From NCBI GenBank assembly GCA_001662655.1, contig KV460217.1: DNA of 64,000 bases, one strand, 5' to 3'. This DNA comes from Pseudogymnoascus verrucosus (Eukaryota). Below are positions 61,965 to 64,000 of this stretch, piece after piece. The notes beneath the pieces were generated by a model. That model was given only the letters and a program-made list of their open reading frames with translations. It ran no database searches and was not told where the DNA came from. How positions within the stretch are numbered: the first letter of the stretch is position 1; the number at the start of each line of letters is the position of its first letter. The position numbers and the translations under genes are program-made.

Positions 61965-64000
61965 TTACATCTGATAATTGAAGTCGAGGTCAGGCCATAC
62001 TTGGTCCGAGGCATTTTGTGGTAGTCCTGGCCAGACGTGGCTGTCGAAGGTTTCCTAAACAAATGCTATCAGCTTATGAACCTCTTGTTAATATTAAGAA
62101 GAAGACGTTCTGTCCTGAAATTTGACAATTATAGAAGTTCGACTTACCCAGTCGAAATTTCCAGGCGAATCTAATATTGTTTGCAGGGGTTCCGAAGGCG
62201 TGGATACAGAGCCCAAGTTGGATTGTAGCCCATACTCTGAAGCCTGCATCATATTATTGGAGGGGTCGAAGTTCCATGGTTGATTCCCGTCGGTAGCAGT
62301 TGGTAAAACAGATGCCATTGAGTCTAGATTAGTATTTGTTAGCTATAATTTTCCATGTCATGTGCTGAGAAGATGAAACATAATGTTTAAGGGGAAACAG
62401 GTCGCGCGTCGTTAACTGAAAGAGGTTACGCTGCAATAATTATGTATTTGCTCACCATTGAGTGATAATTCCGAGATGGAATATGGCCTATCAGGCATCG
62501 CTGAGGCCCTTTCCATACCGTCAACTGGAGCATTAGCATTATTAAGGACACATCCAGCAGGAGCCAAATTAGCGTTCTTCATCATGGCACCAAGAATTCT
62601 GGATCCTTTCTCCGCATTAGCCGACATAGATTCTGTGTCAATCCAGACGGCATGTGATTTCTGGAGAGCAGCAACCATCTCATCACGGGATGGTTGTGAT
62701 TCGTCTAATGAACTGTTATATTCACTGCTGGGACTCTCTTTCGCCAATTGAGTGAGGCTAGAGTATACTATCATCCCGGCAAGAAGGAAATCGTGGACTG
62801 ATAGGGACGAAAGGAACCACCTGTTCAGAGCCAATGGCCCTCCAGGGAGAGCGGCTTGATGAATGGATGATTGATATGAAAGCAGCTCCATTGCCGCATC
62901 AACAGCAACTTTTTTGGAATAAGATTCTGTCGCGATGTACTTCCGATGTAGCATACACCGACTCTTTTGTAATAGCAAAGCAATGCTATATCTTTGGATG
63001 ATAATTGCAGCAGGATCGGTAATTGATAGTTCTAAGGGTTTCAGGCGCATGAATTCCGGTACACCAGCTTCGGCTTCCTGAAGAACCGTGTCCAAGGCCA
63101 TAACCTCATCATACGATGGCAGAGACATACGGTTGGCAAGCACGCCCACCTTTCCAAAGACTTCACATATTCTGCTCTTGCAAATGGTGTACGACAATGG
63201 TGTAATTTCCGTTTCCGGTCGGGATGGTGGTAGTTCCGTTGAGTTCTCATCGAAGTCTTCATCTTTTAAATTCCGTGGGTATGCCGTGTCGCTCTCGATC
63301 GCCTGGGTCATAACAGGTAGGCCAAGGAGGAAGCTGCATAATAAATCAACTTGAATAAGGATATGCCAGAGACGTCGTCGCATCTCGCCTTGATAAGGTG
63401 TCAAGCTTCCCCCAACGTTTGCTGGGTCTCTGTGAAGACCCATACGCAAGGCTAGGCGCACTGCAATACCAATAAGCAAATACGGCATCCCCACATCGTC
63501 GTTACTCAAGACAAATTCCCCTTCAATATAAATCAAAAGCGCTTCAAGGGTGTAAGCCCCGGGCTGGGAGTAGTTGGAAAGAACAAGGCACTGAGCCGAA
63601 CAACCGCGATAGGTGCGAATCATTTCTGTTGGTGTTCCGCGCGTATCAGTATTACCTTCTCCAGCTCCGAGCGCTGCAAGAGTTGCAAGGCACATCAATG
63701 CGTATAGCAGGCCTAGCCAGCTGACTGGAGTACTGGACGGATCGGCCCAAAATCTATTGTACTGCCATTTGTGTCAGATGCGAAAATAGAGGCAACCATG
63801 CAGCAAAAAATTGAAGAAATACCTCTTTCAGGAACGTTGGGCGGTGAATAATATCTAGAGAACGTTTAGCTGACGTTGGCTGGTAGGTAAAATTCAGACT
63901 CACGTATAGCTGGGCTGTTTGAATTAAAGTAACGGGAAACAAGCCGATCAACAACTCCCTTCTGAGGTAAAGCTGCTATGAGTTCGAGCTTGGTAACACG
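61965..64000 (-). CDS. Fungal-specific transcription factor (probable Zn2Cys6), 5' end outside window
   Basis: IIHRPTF, ALRMGLHRDP, EMRRRLW, LHRKY, HDFLLAGMIV; short terminal exons (FDW|ETFD) ending TAA at about 61965. Confidence 0.85.

Noticed and set aside
1..64000. tRNA, rRNA or transposon ORFs
   Set aside because: No cloverleaf, rRNA-like segment, RT/integrase/transposase motif or LTR/TIR pair recognised by eye; tRNAscan-SE and Rfam would be needed to exclude small RNAs.

Overview
Eukaryotic DNA from an intron-containing filamentous ascomycete (short GT-AG introns with CTRAY branch points; my unverified impression is a Leotiomycete such as Pseudogymnoascus). About 23 protein genes can be modelled by hand. 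Bases 1-23 kb are a housekeeping block: RGG-tail protein, JmjC/KDM4 demethylase, WD40 protein, CTF4, ypt1/Rab1, a mitochondrial protein and a Zn2Cys6 regulator. A ~7 kb gene-free divergent intergenic region follows. Bases 30-64 kb are mostly metabolic/accessory: adenine deaminase, SRPK-like kinase, GFA protein, metallothionein, sugar porter, secreted AA1-like protein, two divergent GH18 chitinases, GNAT, glutamate decarboxylase, MIR1, HET protein, amidase, SDR and a fungal TF. Main highlights: (1) the first ypt1 intron looks like a nested [D3,4] spliceosomal twin intron that must be removed in two steps; (2) a 25-aa intron-split copper metallothionein absent from the ORF track; (3) a hairpin-forming ~110-bp non-coding repeat family at two loci 12 kb apart; (4) a 42-bp near-perfect palindrome before the sugar transporter. 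No rRNA, tRNA, CRISPR or intact transposon was recognised. All exon models are by eye, without transcript data.
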